A DNA stretch of 51,061 nucleotides from Fibrobacteria bacterium (GTDB lineage Bacteria; Fibrobacterota; Fibrobacteria; UBA11236): positions 1 to 51,061 of the forward strand of contig JBGTHM010000073.1 of the NCBI GenBank assembly GCA_041746255.1, given 5' to 3'. This document shows, in pieces, positions 28,089-37,915 of the stretch. Position 1 is the first letter of the stretch; each line of letters starts with the position of its first letter. The notes under the pieces are model-generated. The model searched no databases. It was not told the origin of the DNA and was given only the letters and a program-made list of their open reading frames with translations. Both the position numbers and the translations under genes were made by a program.

Positions 28089-28856
28089 GTGCCTCATCAT
28101 TCTTTCAAGGCCTCGCGTTTATTGCCGCCTCTGGCCCTGTTTTGGTTGGGCACGGGATTCATGTGCGTGGAAAAAAATCCGCCGCCCCCGCTCTCGCGGG
28201 TCGAAGTTTCGGAAATCAGCCTACGGGTGCATGATCCGGCCACAGGTAGGCCGGGAGTGCTGTTGGCCTGGAAATACTCCGAAGCGGAGCCGGTGACCCA
28301 TTTCAACATCTACCGCCGCCTGAACCAGGATACCGTCGCCCAACTGATCCATACCGGCGTGAGCGGCTCGCTGCGGCAATTGTACTCACCCCTCCCCGAT
28401 TCCGGCCGCAGCCAGGAATTGCAATACGGCCTCAAGGCCATGCATATCGAAAAGACGGGACAAAGGCTGGAAACCGATTCGGTCGCCTGGGCCAAGCTTA
28501 CCGTGACCTCCAATTTGCGCATATACAGCCCGACCGCGGGTTCACTGCAAAAAACGCGTGTGGTGCCCTTCGAAATTTCCACGGGATCGGATTTCGGTAC
28601 GCTGGTGAAATTGGAGCTCTATCAGGAGGAAGGGCGGATATGGAAAAAAATCCTGACAACCTGTCTTCCTGAAAATAGTTGCAATACGCCGCTTTTCGGC
28701 GGGACGTTGCAGCGTCAAGATTTGGTTTTACCATTCCTCCAGGGCGACACCGTGTCGATGATGGCCTGTGCCATCGGCATCGAATCGTTCGAAGCCACGC
28801 GCACGGCGCTGGTACAATCGATTCACTGTTCCGCATTTAGAAGGATGATGGAGTGA
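28089..28856 (+). CDS. Hypothetical exported protein / probable lipoprotein with Fn3-like beta domain
   Basis: Hydrophobic N-terminus ending GFMC; VLLAW...FNIYRR...YGLKA pattern; GTGA overlap with the C25 gene. Confidence 0.68.
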   Translation: MPHHSFKASRLLPPLALFWLGTGFMCVEKNPPPPLSRVEVSEISLRVHDPATGRPGVLLAWKYSEAEPVTHFNIYRRLNQDTVAQLIHTGVSGSLRQLYSPLPDSGRSQELQYGLKAMHIEKTGQRLETDSVAWAKLTVTSNLRIYSPTAGSLQKTRVVPFEISTGSDFGTLVKLELYQEEGRIWKKILTTCLPENSCNTPLFGGTLQRQDLVLPFLQGDTVSMMACAIGIESFEATRTALVQSIHCSAFRRMME

Positions 28857-31800
28857 AGGCCTGGCGAAAGCTGGCGACGCTCTGTTTGCCCTGGCTGGCC
28901 GCGGTCGTCTGGTCGTCGGACTTCACCCTGCTCCGTAGCGACGTGAAAGGCATGGAGCTGTTGTGGCAGGGCCGCAGCGAAAGCCAAATCTCTTTCGCCC
29001 TGCCGCCGGGGGGCGAGGCCGACTTGCGTTATGAAATCCTGGAAGCCTATCCAGACCTTTCAGAGGCCAAGTCAAACCGGAGACGTCCCGAAGTGCCGGC
29101 GCAATTGTCCGAGTCGGTACGCTTCCGGGATGTGGAAATGGCGACGGTAAGGGTTTTCCCGGTATATAACCACCAGGGAAAGGCCATGCGTCTGGGAGCC
29201 GTTAGACTCACCGTAACATTCCGGGGTGGCGGACGGAGCCGCACTGTCTTCGCTGCCCCGGAAAATCACCCCAGCGAGGTGTATTTGCGCGAGGCCCTGG
29301 TGAATTATCCCGTATCGCGCGGGTTTCGGAGCTTACCCGCTTTGCCCGCGGCCAAAATAGCCGCGGAACCCAATTTGCCGGCGGTCAGGCTGCTGGTGCG
29401 CACCCAGGGGGTGGGCATTCACGTTTTGACCACGGAGGATTTACGTAAGGCGGGGGTTCCTTTGGGAAAGATCGACCCGCGGCGTTTCCGGCTCTTCCAT
29501 ACGGGGAAGGAAATTCCGATCTACCTCTCCGGCGAAGACGACGGGCGTTGGCATGAGGGCGATTACCTCGAATTTATCGGTAAACGCGCCGAAGGGGAGT
29601 TCACCTACAATTCGCTTTACACGGCCAATAGCGTTTTCACTTTGGTCTGGGATATGCCCGGTTTTGGATTACGGGCGCCGCGAGTACCCGTGGCCGTCCG
29701 GGAAGGCGGGAATATCCGGGTGGATGTCCCCGCCGCCGAGTCGGTTCGTCCTCATCGCGTGGATATGCGTGTGGAAAATGATTTTACCGTACTCCGCATC
29801 GGCAGCACCAATGCGGAAGATATTCCCGATTTGGGACAGAATGTGATACCGGAAGAGATGGAGGATTTCTGGTTTTGGCAATCGCTGGGACAGAACAAGG
29901 ACTTGACGGAAGTCGACTTCCATGTGCCGTATCATTCCGCGGATACCCGTAACCGCCCGCTGACCGCGAGGGATCAGCTTTTCATCACCATCGGCCTGAA
30001 GGGGGTAACCAACCACTTGCAGGCCGACCCCGACCATCACATCAAGTTCAGTTTAAATGGGAACGATATTTCCCTGGTAGGCGGCCAGGCCAACGACGCC
30101 ATTTGGGAAGGGCAGTCCAGTTATCTCTGGAAGTCGCAACCTCTCTCACCGACACTGCTGCAGCCGGGTAAGAACACGCTGCTATTCCAGAACGTGAACG
30201 ATTTATTCACAAACGACGGCACCCCGGTGGAAAATCAAGTCGCTTTGCTCAACTTCGTAACCTTGAGCTTTCCCGCCGGCTTTCAGGCGGTGGACAATCG
30301 CCTGCGTTTTTCCAACCGCTTTCCGGATAGCCTGGGAAGTCGGATATTTACCGTGGGGGGATTCACTTCGGATAAAATATCGCTGTGGGACGAGAGCGGG
30401 CGCAAGTTGGTCGGCTTCGATGTTTTTTCGGGGGGCGGAGCCCCCAGCGTGAGTTTCCGGGATAGCCTTATCACGGAGACGTATTACCAAATCGCCACTT
30501 GGGAAAACCGGATGCGTCCAGTCGTGACATTGGATACCTTGGATAACCTCAAGAACGGCGACAACGAGGCCGATTATCTCATTGTGACGCATAAATCGCT
30601 GTTGGGAAGCGCCTTGGATTCGCTGGTCGCCCACCGGAAAAGCCAGGGAATGCGGGTTCGTGTGGCCTTGGTGGAGCATATTTACCAGACTTTCGGCGAC
30701 GGCAGCCCTCACCCAGCGGCAATCCGGCGCTTCGTACAACACGCCTATCTGAATTGGAAGCGCCCCGCTCCGGCATATCTCCTGTTGGCTGGAAACGCCT
30801 CCATGCTGTTCGATAAACAGGCAAGCCACAGCCATCCCAATCTGGTTCCGACTTCGGTGGTCAACATCCCCGGTTGGGGCATAGCGGCCGCCGACGATTA
30901 TTTCGCCAAAGTGTCGGGCGAAGACGATGTACCCGACCTCTTCGTGGGACGCATTCCCGCCGTCGATAGGAATTCCCTATCCACCGTGGTGCAAAAGACT
31001 TTGGTGCATGAGAAGGAGCGGCCCGCAGGGCATTGGCGCAATAAGACTTTGCTGCTGGGAGGCTATGAAGACTCGTTCACCCGCCTGAATAATTCTTTAC
31101 AGACCTTACTGATCGATAAAGGCGCCGATTATTCCCGGCTCGACCTCTTTCCCACCTCGCCCTATTTCCGCAAACCGGATGCTCCCCCAGGATTTTTCCA
31201 ACAAATGGATTCCGCTTTCAATCTCGTAAGCTTTGTGGGTCATGGTGGAGGAGCGGTATGGTCGGATGGAGGCCTGTTGACCATTCAGGCACTGGACGAG
31301 GGTCGTCTGCGCGGAGATTTTCCCATACCCATGGTGTTGTCGTTGACTTGCCTGACGGGATTTTTCGAGGACGTGAATGCGCGCTCATTAGGCGAAGAAA
31401 TGTTGTTGCTGAAAAATTCCGGCGCCGCCGCGTTCTATGGCGCGGCAGGATATATTTCCAACGCCGCTACGGAGGAATTGGCCCATGAACTTCTGACCGC
31501 AGCCTATGACCGTCCCGCTACTACCGCGGGCGAGCTGATTCACCGGGGCGAAGCCCTGGTCAGACTTAAAACCGGGAATGCCTTTTTACCCGTATTAGCC
31601 GAATTCAATTTGCTGGGTGATCCCGCCTTGCGGCTGGCTTTTGCGGACGTGGCCCCTCCCCTGCAAATAACCCCTTCCATCGGCGCCGGAAAGAAATCGA
31701 TACGCGTGTCGGCGGATAAGTTGCCGCTTACAACGGGCTCCGGACGGCTCTCCTACTATCGCAACGACAGCCTTTTACAAACGGTGAATGTCGCGGTGCG

Positions 31801-33610
31801 TGATGGCGCTTTCTCCCATGACAAGGAAATGCCGGAGGCCGGGGATTTCTTCCTGCGGGGCAAAGCGGTTTTACATGCGTGGAACGAGACTTCTTCGTAC
31901 CGATCCGAAGGTGAATTTTCCCTGCTGGACTGGTTGGCCGATTCCATTTTCACCGTTCCGGCCAATCCTCGCGTTGGGGATTCCGTCAAAGTAGGCTTTC
32001 GGGTGCGCACCCTCCATCCGGGCGTCGCTTTGGTGGGAGGCGTAGCCCTGCATGCCGTGGGCGATCGTTTCAATTCCTTTCCCGCGGGCAATCAAGTGCC
32101 ACTACAAATATCGGAGGACGGCCGTACCGTAATTACCGATCGCGCCTTCGCCCTATTACCCCAAGCATCCGGAGCGAATGCCCCGATACTCACGCTGCGT
32201 TTCCGCATGGCGCTGCGCGCCTTGGACGGCAATGGAACCCCAGGTCCCCTGGTGGGCGGAATCGAAACCCGCCTGTTCCACACGCCCCTCCCCTATTCCC
32301 CTGACTTGGCCCTGGCCTCTCCGCCTTTCCGGCTGCCTATCCAAAATGACTTGGGGGTATGGGTACGCTTCGGCAACCGGGGATTAGGCGCGGATTCGAA
32401 TTTCACGGTGCATTTCAAGGTCGCAGGGGAGGGTAACCGCGTCGATACCCTGAAATTCGGGCGGAAGCTGTCGCCGGGAAGGGTTGACTCTCTGTTTATT
32501 CCCCTTCGGGACGAGGAACTCGACAAGCGGTTGACGGCCGTCGTCATCCCCACGGTTCCCGACGCCACTCCCGCCGACAATGTGCGCGACACGCTTTTCA
32601 CCTGGAAGTCGTCCATGCTGCTGCCGGGAGCGCGCGAACATCCCATCCTGGAGGCTCCGCAAGTTCTGACTTTACCACCGAATGCTTCCGATTCGGTGCG
32701 GGTATTTACGCGCTTAGATACGTCGGCGGGACTTCCCGCTCATCTTTTTCCGGTGGCCGACAACCCGGCTTCGCTGGAAGTACGCGTGGCCGGGCCATTG
32801 CCGAACTTGAGGCTGGCCTTCTCCAGCACGGCCCAAGCCTTTTCGGGAAGTCTTCCGACTCCTGCCTGGCATTTCCGGGAAAGCCGCACGGGCCGATGGA
32901 CTCTCTTGGACAGCCCCGCGAAGGATAGCCTCACGCGGGAAGCCCGGTATGTGAAGGAAGGTTATTATCGGCCTTTGCATAATACGGATATTACGCCGCC
33001 GGAAGCCGGAGTCACGAGCGGCGGCCACAGGTTGCTTCCGGACGACTACGTGCCCTTGAAAACACCGATTGAAATCGTGCTGCGCGATGATGCAGGCATC
33101 GACGGGCTGCTCCATCCGCCGCGCATAACCAGTCAACGGCAGAACTTCGATACCACCAACAGCGCCGTGGAAACCGGATTCGACGCGGCGGGACTGATGC
33201 GCATCCGGTTCTGGCCCGACCCGAGCATAAGGCGCGACTCGGTGGAGATTACCGCCCACGATATTTCCGGCAATCAATTGCGGCAATCCTTCACCTATAG
33301 GTTGGGAACCAAGCTTTCCATTCTCAATTTGGGAAGCTATCCTAATCCATTCGCCGACACGGCGGTTTTCGTATATACCTTGACCGAGTTCAGCCAAAGC
33401 GTTTCGTTGCGTGTCTATACGCGTTCGGGAAGGTTGGTGCGCGCCTTGGAGGATAGGAACGCCATCGGTTATCGGGAAACCGTGTGGGACGGGCGCACCG
33501 GAGACGGAAGGGAAGTCGCCAACGGTTTATACTATCTCAAGGTTACCGCCCAGGCCGGTGGCCGGGAGGCAAGCCAAATCTATAAGCTCTTCAAAAAGAA
33601 GCGTAAATGA
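28853..33610 (+). CDS. C25 family cysteine peptidase (gingipain/PorU sortase-like) with CARDB-like and C-terminal FlgD-Ig/T9SS-type domains
   Basis: ADYLIVTH, YLLLAG, DDYF, PDLFVGRIP, catalytic FVGHGG and SLTCLTGFF, FNLLGDPA. C-terminus YPNPF...VYTRSGRLVR...WDG...VANGLYYLKV. Confidence 0.9.
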   Translation: MKAWRKLATLCLPWLAAVVWSSDFTLLRSDVKGMELLWQGRSESQISFALPPGGEADLRYEILEAYPDLSEAKSNRRRPEVPAQLSESVRFRDVEMATVRVFPVYNHQGKAMRLGAVRLTVTFRGGGRSRTVFAAPENHPSEVYLREALVNYPVSRGFRSLPALPAAKIAAEPNLPAVRLLVRTQGVGIHVLTTEDLRKAGVPLGKIDPRRFRLFHTGKEIPIYLSGEDDGRWHEGDYLEFIGKRAEGEFTYNSLYTANSVFTLVWDMPGFGLRAPRVPVAVREGGNIRVDVPAAESVRPHRVDMRVENDFTVLRIGSTNAEDIPDLGQNVIPEEMEDFWFWQSLGQNKDLTEVDFHVPYHSADTRNRPLTARDQLFITIGLKGVTNHLQADPDHHIKFSLNGNDISLVGGQANDAIWEGQSSYLWKSQPLSPTLLQPGKNTLLFQNVNDLFTNDGTPVENQVALLNFVTLSFPAGFQAVDNRLRFSNRFPDSLGSRIFTVGGFTSDKISLWDESGRKLVGFDVFSGGGAPSVSFRDSLITETYYQIATWENRMRPVVTLDTLDNLKNGDNEADYLIVTHKSLLGSALDSLVAHRKSQGMRVRVALVEHIYQTFGDGSPHPAAIRRFVQHAYLNWKRPAPAYLLLAGNASMLFDKQASHSHPNLVPTSVVNIPGWGIAAADDYFAKVSGEDDVPDLFVGRIPAVDRNSLSTVVQKTLVHEKERPAGHWRNKTLLLGGYEDSFTRLNNSLQTLLIDKGADYSRLDLFPTSPYFRKPDAPPGFFQQMDSAFNLVSFVGHGGGAVWSDGGLLTIQALDEGRLRGDFPIPMVLSLTCLTGFFEDVNARSLGEEMLLLKNSGAAAFYGAAGYISNAATEELAHELLTAAYDRPATTAGELIHRGEALVRLKTGNAFLPVLAEFNLLGDPALRLAFADVAPPLQITPSIGAGKKSIRVSADKLPLTTGSGRLSYYRNDSLLQTVNVAVRDGAFSHDKEMPEAGDFFLRGKAVLHAWNETSSYRSEGEFSLLDWLADSIFTVPANPRVGDSVKVGFRVRTLHPGVALVGGVALHAVGDRFNSFPAGNQVPLQISEDGRTVITDRAFALLPQASGANAPILTLRFRMALRALDGNGTPGPLVGGIETRLFHTPLPYSPDLALASPPFRLPIQNDLGVWVRFGNRGLGADSNFTVHFKVAGEGNRVDTLKFGRKLSPGRVDSLFIPLRDEELDKRLTAVVIPTVPDATPADNVRDTLFTWKSSMLLPGAREHPILEAPQVLTLPPNASDSVRVFTRLDTSAGLPAHLFPVADNPASLEVRVAGPLPNLRLAFSSTAQAFSGSLPTPAWHFRESRTGRWTLLDSPAKDSLTREARYVKEGYYRPLHNTDITPPEAGVTSGGHRLLPDDYVPLKTPIEIVLRDDAGIDGLLHPPRITSQRQNFDTTNSAVETGFDAAGLMRIRFWPDPSIRRDSVEITAHDISGNQLRQSFTYRLGTKLSILNLGSYPNPFADTAVFVYTLTEFSQSVSLRVYTRSGRLVRALEDRNAIGYRETVWDGRTGDGREVANGLYYLKVTAQAGGREASQIYKLFKKKRK

Positions 33611-33684
33611 AGCCTCACCGGCACTAATCGCCGTTTATTACATTAGAGCCCGAGCAAATCCCCGTACTCGGAGTTCTAACCGGC

Positions 33685-34431
33685 ATGAGCGTAAATTCGG
33701 ATGAAAAGCACGCCACCACGCAATTGGAGCGGCCGGGGTTGTATCTGGTTTCCACGCCCATCGGCAACCTGGACGACATTACCTTGCGCGCGCTCAAGGT
33801 ATTGCGTTCCGCCGATTTGGTGCTGGCCGAAGATACGCGCCACTCCCGCGTGCTGTTCGATCACTTCGGACTGAAAACCCGTATGGAAGCCTATCACGAT
33901 TTCAACAAAATCAAGCGGACGCCCGCCCTGTTGGACTATCTGGAAAAAGGCCATGCCGTGGCCTTGATCTGCGACGCGGGCACTCCCGGAGTGGCGGACG
34001 AGGCGTTCTTTTTAGTGCGGGCCGCCCGGGAAAAGGGAATACCCGTTTTTCCCATTCCCGGCGCTTCAGCCCTCTTGGCCGCGTTGCCGGCGTCGGGTCT
34101 GCCTACCGATCACTTCTCCTTCGAAAACTTCCCTCCCAAAAAATCCGCCCAGCGGCTGCGTAAATTGGAGGTTCTGAAAGCCCGATGGAGCGAAGCGGAA
34201 ACCCATGCCCCTACCTTGGTATTTTATGTCTCGCCGTATCAGGTGCGGAAATTCGTGGATGAAATCGGACAGGTTTTCGGCCCTGACCTGCGCGTGGTGC
34301 TGGCCCGGGAGTTGACCAAGAAGTTCGAGGAAATCCGTTCAGCGACGCCGGGAGAACATACGGAATATTATCGGGAACGCGAACCCCGCGGGGAGTACGT
34401 GCTGCTCTTCCACCCCCAGAATAAAGGCTGA
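33685..34431 (+). CDS. rsmI: 16S rRNA (cytidine1402-2'-O)-methyltransferase
   Basis: LYLVSTPIGNLDDITLRAL, AEDTR, DAGTPG, PIPGASA, RELTKKFEE. Confidence 0.95.
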   Translation: MSVNSDEKHATTQLERPGLYLVSTPIGNLDDITLRALKVLRSADLVLAEDTRHSRVLFDHFGLKTRMEAYHDFNKIKRTPALLDYLEKGHAVALICDAGTPGVADEAFFLVRAAREKGIPVFPIPGASALLAALPASGLPTDHFSFENFPPKKSAQRLRKLEVLKARWSEAETHAPTLVFYVSPYQVRKFVDEIGQVFGPDLRVVLARELTKKFEEIRSATPGEHTEYYREREPRGEYVLLFHPQNKG

Positions 34432-35996
34432 TGCGAATAGCGCAACCGCTGTCTTTTGCCGCCATAATCCTGGCCCACTTGTTGTTGGCCTGGTGCTATC
34501 CCCGCTTTCCCTTGGGTCCGCTGGTATTCGTGGTTCCGTGCCTCGCTTTTTGGGCCACAGCCTCTCTCTCGCCTGCGCGGGCTTTTCGCTATCACTTCTT
34601 CGGAGGCGTTGTCTTCAACGGAGTCATGTTCTGGTGGCTTTACAATGTGATGAAGGTGGGTCCCGCCGCAATTATTTTCATCGGCCTTATTGCCCTCGTG
34701 CTGTTTCTATCGCTTTTCAACGCGGTGATGGGCTGGCTGTTCCGTCACAGTCTCGATTGGCGCGCGGGATTGGCTGTTTATCCTTTCGCCTGGGCGGGCT
34801 TGGAGGTTTTACGCGGCTATGGCCAGATGTCTTTTCCCTGGAGCCATATCGGTTATACCTTAGGCGAATATGCCCCGCTCATCCAGGCCGCGCATGGAGT
34901 CGGAGTATTCGGCCTGTCCGTCGCCATCATAGGCGCCAATATCCTGTTTTTCCAATCCCTGCGCGCCAAAGGCAATTCCCGATTGCGCCTCGCTTTGGTG
35001 GGTCTTTCCATCCCTTTGCTGCTTTGGGGCTACGGGGCCTGGCGGTTGAGCGGGGAAAATCCCCTTGCAGAAAGCATTGATATCGCCTTGGTACAGCCAT
35101 CCATCGCCCAGGTGAAAAAATGGGATGAAAATTATTTTCAGGAAGTCATGGAAAAAACCTGGAAGACCATGGATGCCGCGGATTTACAAGGAACGGAACT
35201 CATCGTATTGCCGGAAACGGCGGTGCCGGATTTTCTCCGCCTGCGCCCCGAAGTCCTGGGGGAGTTGCGGCGTCGGTCCGCCCGCATGGGTGTTCCGATT
35301 CTATTCGGGTCCCTCGACTTGCTTCGCAACGATCGGGAAATCCGCCCCCACTTTTTCTACAACTCGGCCTTTTTGCTCTCTCCCGATTCTGCGGAAACTC
35401 CGCTGCAATATTCCAAAATCCGCCTGGTCCCGTTCAGCGAAAGGGTTCCCTTCGAAGAAATCTTTCCGCTGGTCAATTATGTGAACCTGGGAGACGGCGG
35501 GTTCAGTCCGGGTGTGGATTACGCCCTTTGGGGTGAGACCACGCGCTTCAGTCCCTCCATTTGCTATGAGCTCATCTATCCCGATTTCGTACGCGGCGCC
35601 CGTCACCGGGGAGCGGAACTGTTGGTCAATATCACCAATGACAGTTGGTTCGGAATCTCCAACGCGGCCTATATGCACGCCAATATCGCCCGCTTCAGAA
35701 CGGTGGAAACCGGCGCTCCCATGGCCCGGGTGGCCAATTCCGGCGTAAGCGTATTCTACGATTACAAGGGGCGTAACCTGGGTGAGACGCGGCTTTTCGA
35801 GAAAACCGTTTTGCGCCGTAAACTGCCCGTTCATTCCGAGCGGACCTTCTATCTCACTACGGGAGGTCGGCAGGAAGGATTTTACGCCGTGGTTTTCCTG
35901 GGAATTTTGGTACTGACGGTGGTGAAGGGCCGGCGGCAAAAACGCTTGCTGCGGAATCAGTCGGGAAATAAACCCGCGCGCACCGCCGCGCAATAA
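34431..35996 (+). CDS. lnt: Apolipoprotein N-acyltransferase
   Basis: Multiple TMs, FPW..IGY, nitrilase triad PETA / K..LVPFSE / ICYE, NITNDSWFG, ANSGVS. Confidence 0.95.
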   Translation: MRIAQPLSFAAIILAHLLLAWCYPRFPLGPLVFVVPCLAFWATASLSPARAFRYHFFGGVVFNGVMFWWLYNVMKVGPAAIIFIGLIALVLFLSLFNAVMGWLFRHSLDWRAGLAVYPFAWAGLEVLRGYGQMSFPWSHIGYTLGEYAPLIQAAHGVGVFGLSVAIIGANILFFQSLRAKGNSRLRLALVGLSIPLLLWGYGAWRLSGENPLAESIDIALVQPSIAQVKKWDENYFQEVMEKTWKTMDAADLQGTELIVLPETAVPDFLRLRPEVLGELRRRSARMGVPILFGSLDLLRNDREIRPHFFYNSAFLLSPDSAETPLQYSKIRLVPFSERVPFEEIFPLVNYVNLGDGGFSPGVDYALWGETTRFSPSICYELIYPDFVRGARHRGAELLVNITNDSWFGISNAAYMHANIARFRTVETGAPMARVANSGVSVFYDYKGRNLGETRLFEKTVLRRKLPVHSERTFYLTTGGRQEGFYAVVFLGILVLTVVKGRRQKRLLRNQSGNKPARTAAQ

Positions 35997-36706
35997 TCCC
36001 GGGCACCATCCAACCCCGCTTGGCGCAGGGAAGCAAAAGCCCGCGCGAAAGGCGGGGGCGGCTTTTGGTTCAATCCCATAAAATCATGCAGCACCAATAC
36101 CTGTCCATCCACGTTTTTGCCCGCGCCGATTCCGATGGTGGGAATGCGCAGGGTTGCGGTGATGCGGGCGGCCAGTTCGAAATGCATATGTTCCAGCACT
36201 ACGGCGCAGGCCCCGGCGCGTTGCAGTTCAAGTGCGGCCTGCATCAGGTTTTCCCATTCCGCTTCCCCGGCGCCCACTTGCTTGAAGGATTGGGCGGTTT
36301 GGGGTAATAAGCCCAGGTGCCCGATAACGGGGATGCCCGCGGAAACCAGGGCCTTCACCTGCTCCACCTTGGCGCCCTCGAGTTTGACGGAATGGGCGCC
36401 CAGGGTCAGGAAACGTTGGGCATTGCTTACTGCTGATTCGGGCGTCGCATCGGATCCGTACGGCATATCGGCCGTGATGTGGGTATGGGCCGCTCCCCGG
36501 GCGACGGCGGCCACGAACAGGGACATAATGTCCATGTTGACAGCGCGGGTGCTGGGTAGGCCAAGCATGACGTTGGCCAGGGAATCGCCGACCAGAATGA
36601 TGTCGACCCCGGCATCTTCCAGAATACCCGCGAAGCAATAGTCGTAACCCGTGGCCATAACCAAAGGTCGGGATTTGAATTGGGGGAATTCGTCCGGTGT
36701 CAGCAT
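35957..36706 (-). CDS. panB: 3-methyl-2-oxobutanoate hydroxymethyltransferase
   Basis: YDY, ILVGDSL, ADMPYGS, VKLEG, GHLGLLPQ, PTIGIGAG..VDGQVLV.HD. Confidence 0.95.
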   Translation of the reverse strand: MLTPDEFPQFKSRPLVMATGYDYCFAGILEDAGVDIILVGDSLANVMLGLPSTRAVNMDIMSLFVAAVARGAAHTHITADMPYGSDATPESAVSNAQRFLTLGAHSVKLEGAKVEQVKALVSAGIPVIGHLGLLPQTAQSFKQVGAGEAEWENLMQAALELQRAGACAVVLEHMHFELAARITATLRIPTIGIGAGKNVDGQVLVLHDFMGLNQKPPPPFARAFASLRQAGLDGARDYCAAVRAGLFPD

Positions 36707-36840
36707 GGGTTAATGGTAATTCGACGGATTTGTGGCGGCAATGGTTGAACCGTTTGGGATATGCAACCACGAATGAGATGCGGGAAGTGGCTAGAAATCG
36801 GGTTGGGGGATGCTTCGCATCGAATCTTCCCAAAAAAATC

Positions 36841-36872
36841 CGTCGAACTTATCATTTATGATAAGTTCGACG
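36841..36872. repeat. Dispersed palindromic element, copy 2 (perfect 15-2-15); may also terminate the recO-gluQ transcript
   Basis: CGTCGAACTTATCAT-TT-ATGATAAGTTCGACG; on the minus strand followed by GATTTTTTT. Confidence 0.9.
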
Positions 36873-36937
36873 ATGGGAATTGGACACTGGCAGAAAAACC
36901 CCTCCCTCACCCTTCCGCGTCGGCGCGCAGGAAAAAA

Positions 36938-37915
36938 TCACGGGATGAGATGGGCTTCCAAGTCTTCCCAGGACAAATCCTGCCGGGGAATCCTTTCCGG
37001 ATCAAATACGGAGAGAATATCCCCGACTTGGCCGCCCTTTCTGGTTTTCCCGCCGCCTCCCTCGGGAAATTGCTGAAAAAACCATTGTAACAATCGCGCG
37101 GGCGAATCACCTCTATTCCGCCAATCCTGCAGCGCGCGGCTGCCCGCCGACTTGGAAAGTTTATCGCCTCCCTTTTCCAGGATCAGCCCGTGGTGGACGA
37201 AATCGCAGGACGGAAAGCCGGTTAGTGAAAGACGCCGCGCCAGCAGCAATTGGGCGAAGGTGGAGGGGAGCAGGTCGCGGCCGCGCACGATGCAGTTCAT
37301 GCGCAAATCCTCGTCGTCGACAACGGAGCAAAGGTGGTAGGCGGGTAAGCCATCCCTTTGTCGGACCCCGAAATCGCCCGCGACGACGTGAACTTCCGCC
37401 GCTTTTTCACCTTCTCCCCATTCCCGGAAAGACACTGTTTCTCCCGGAGGAGAGTGGAGCCGCCATGCGACCCCATCGGAATGCAAATCGAGATTTTTTT
37501 CCCGGCACCGGCACCCGCCCTGTTCTTGCATTTGTTTACGGCTGCAGTCGCAGGCATAAACGGCAGGCGCGCCTTCCACCGTTATTCGACTCAACGACTC
37601 CAGGGCATCGAGATAGCGGGGAAGCCGGCGCTGGAAACCGTAACTTGCGTGGAACTCCGGTTGCGAGCGCGGGCCTTCGTCATAATCCAGGCCCAGCCAG
37701 TGCAAGGATTCCAAAATATCCCTTAGGTAACTTTCACGATACCGGGGCGGATCGAAGTCATCTACGCGCAGGGCGACGGCTCCCGAGCGTTTGCGGGCCA
37801 GACACCAGGTTATCACGAAGGACCAGGCGTTTCCGGCATGCAAATAACCGCTGGGGGTGGGCGCCAGGCGGGTATGCAAACTCCCGGAATGCGCCCCTGC
37901 GCCGGGAGAATTCAT
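36938..37915 (-). CDS. gluQ: tRNA glutamyl-Q(34) synthetase (GluRS catalytic-domain-only paralogue)
   Basis: RLAPTPSGYLHAGN, LRVDD.D..R, DF...RDG.PAYHL..VVDD, IVRGRDL, KLSKS; no anticodon-binding domain. Confidence 0.88.
   Translation of the reverse strand: MNSPGAGAHSGSLHTRLAPTPSGYLHAGNAWSFVITWCLARKRSGAVALRVDDFDPPRYRESYLRDILESLHWLGLDYDEGPRSQPEFHASYGFQRRLPRYLDALESLSRITVEGAPAVYACDCSRKQMQEQGGCRCREKNLDLHSDGVAWRLHSPPGETVSFREWGEGEKAAEVHVVAGDFGVRQRDGLPAYHLCSVVDDEDLRMNCIVRGRDLLPSTFAQLLLARRLSLTGFPSCDFVHHGLILEKGGDKLSKSAGSRALQDWRNRGDSPARLLQWFFQQFPEGGGGKTRKGGQVGDILSVFDPERIPRQDLSWEDLEAHLIP

Noticed and set aside
35957..35996. 40-bp convergent overlap of the lnt and panB 3' ends
   Set aside because: Short convergent overlaps are common in compact genomes; no sign of extra function.
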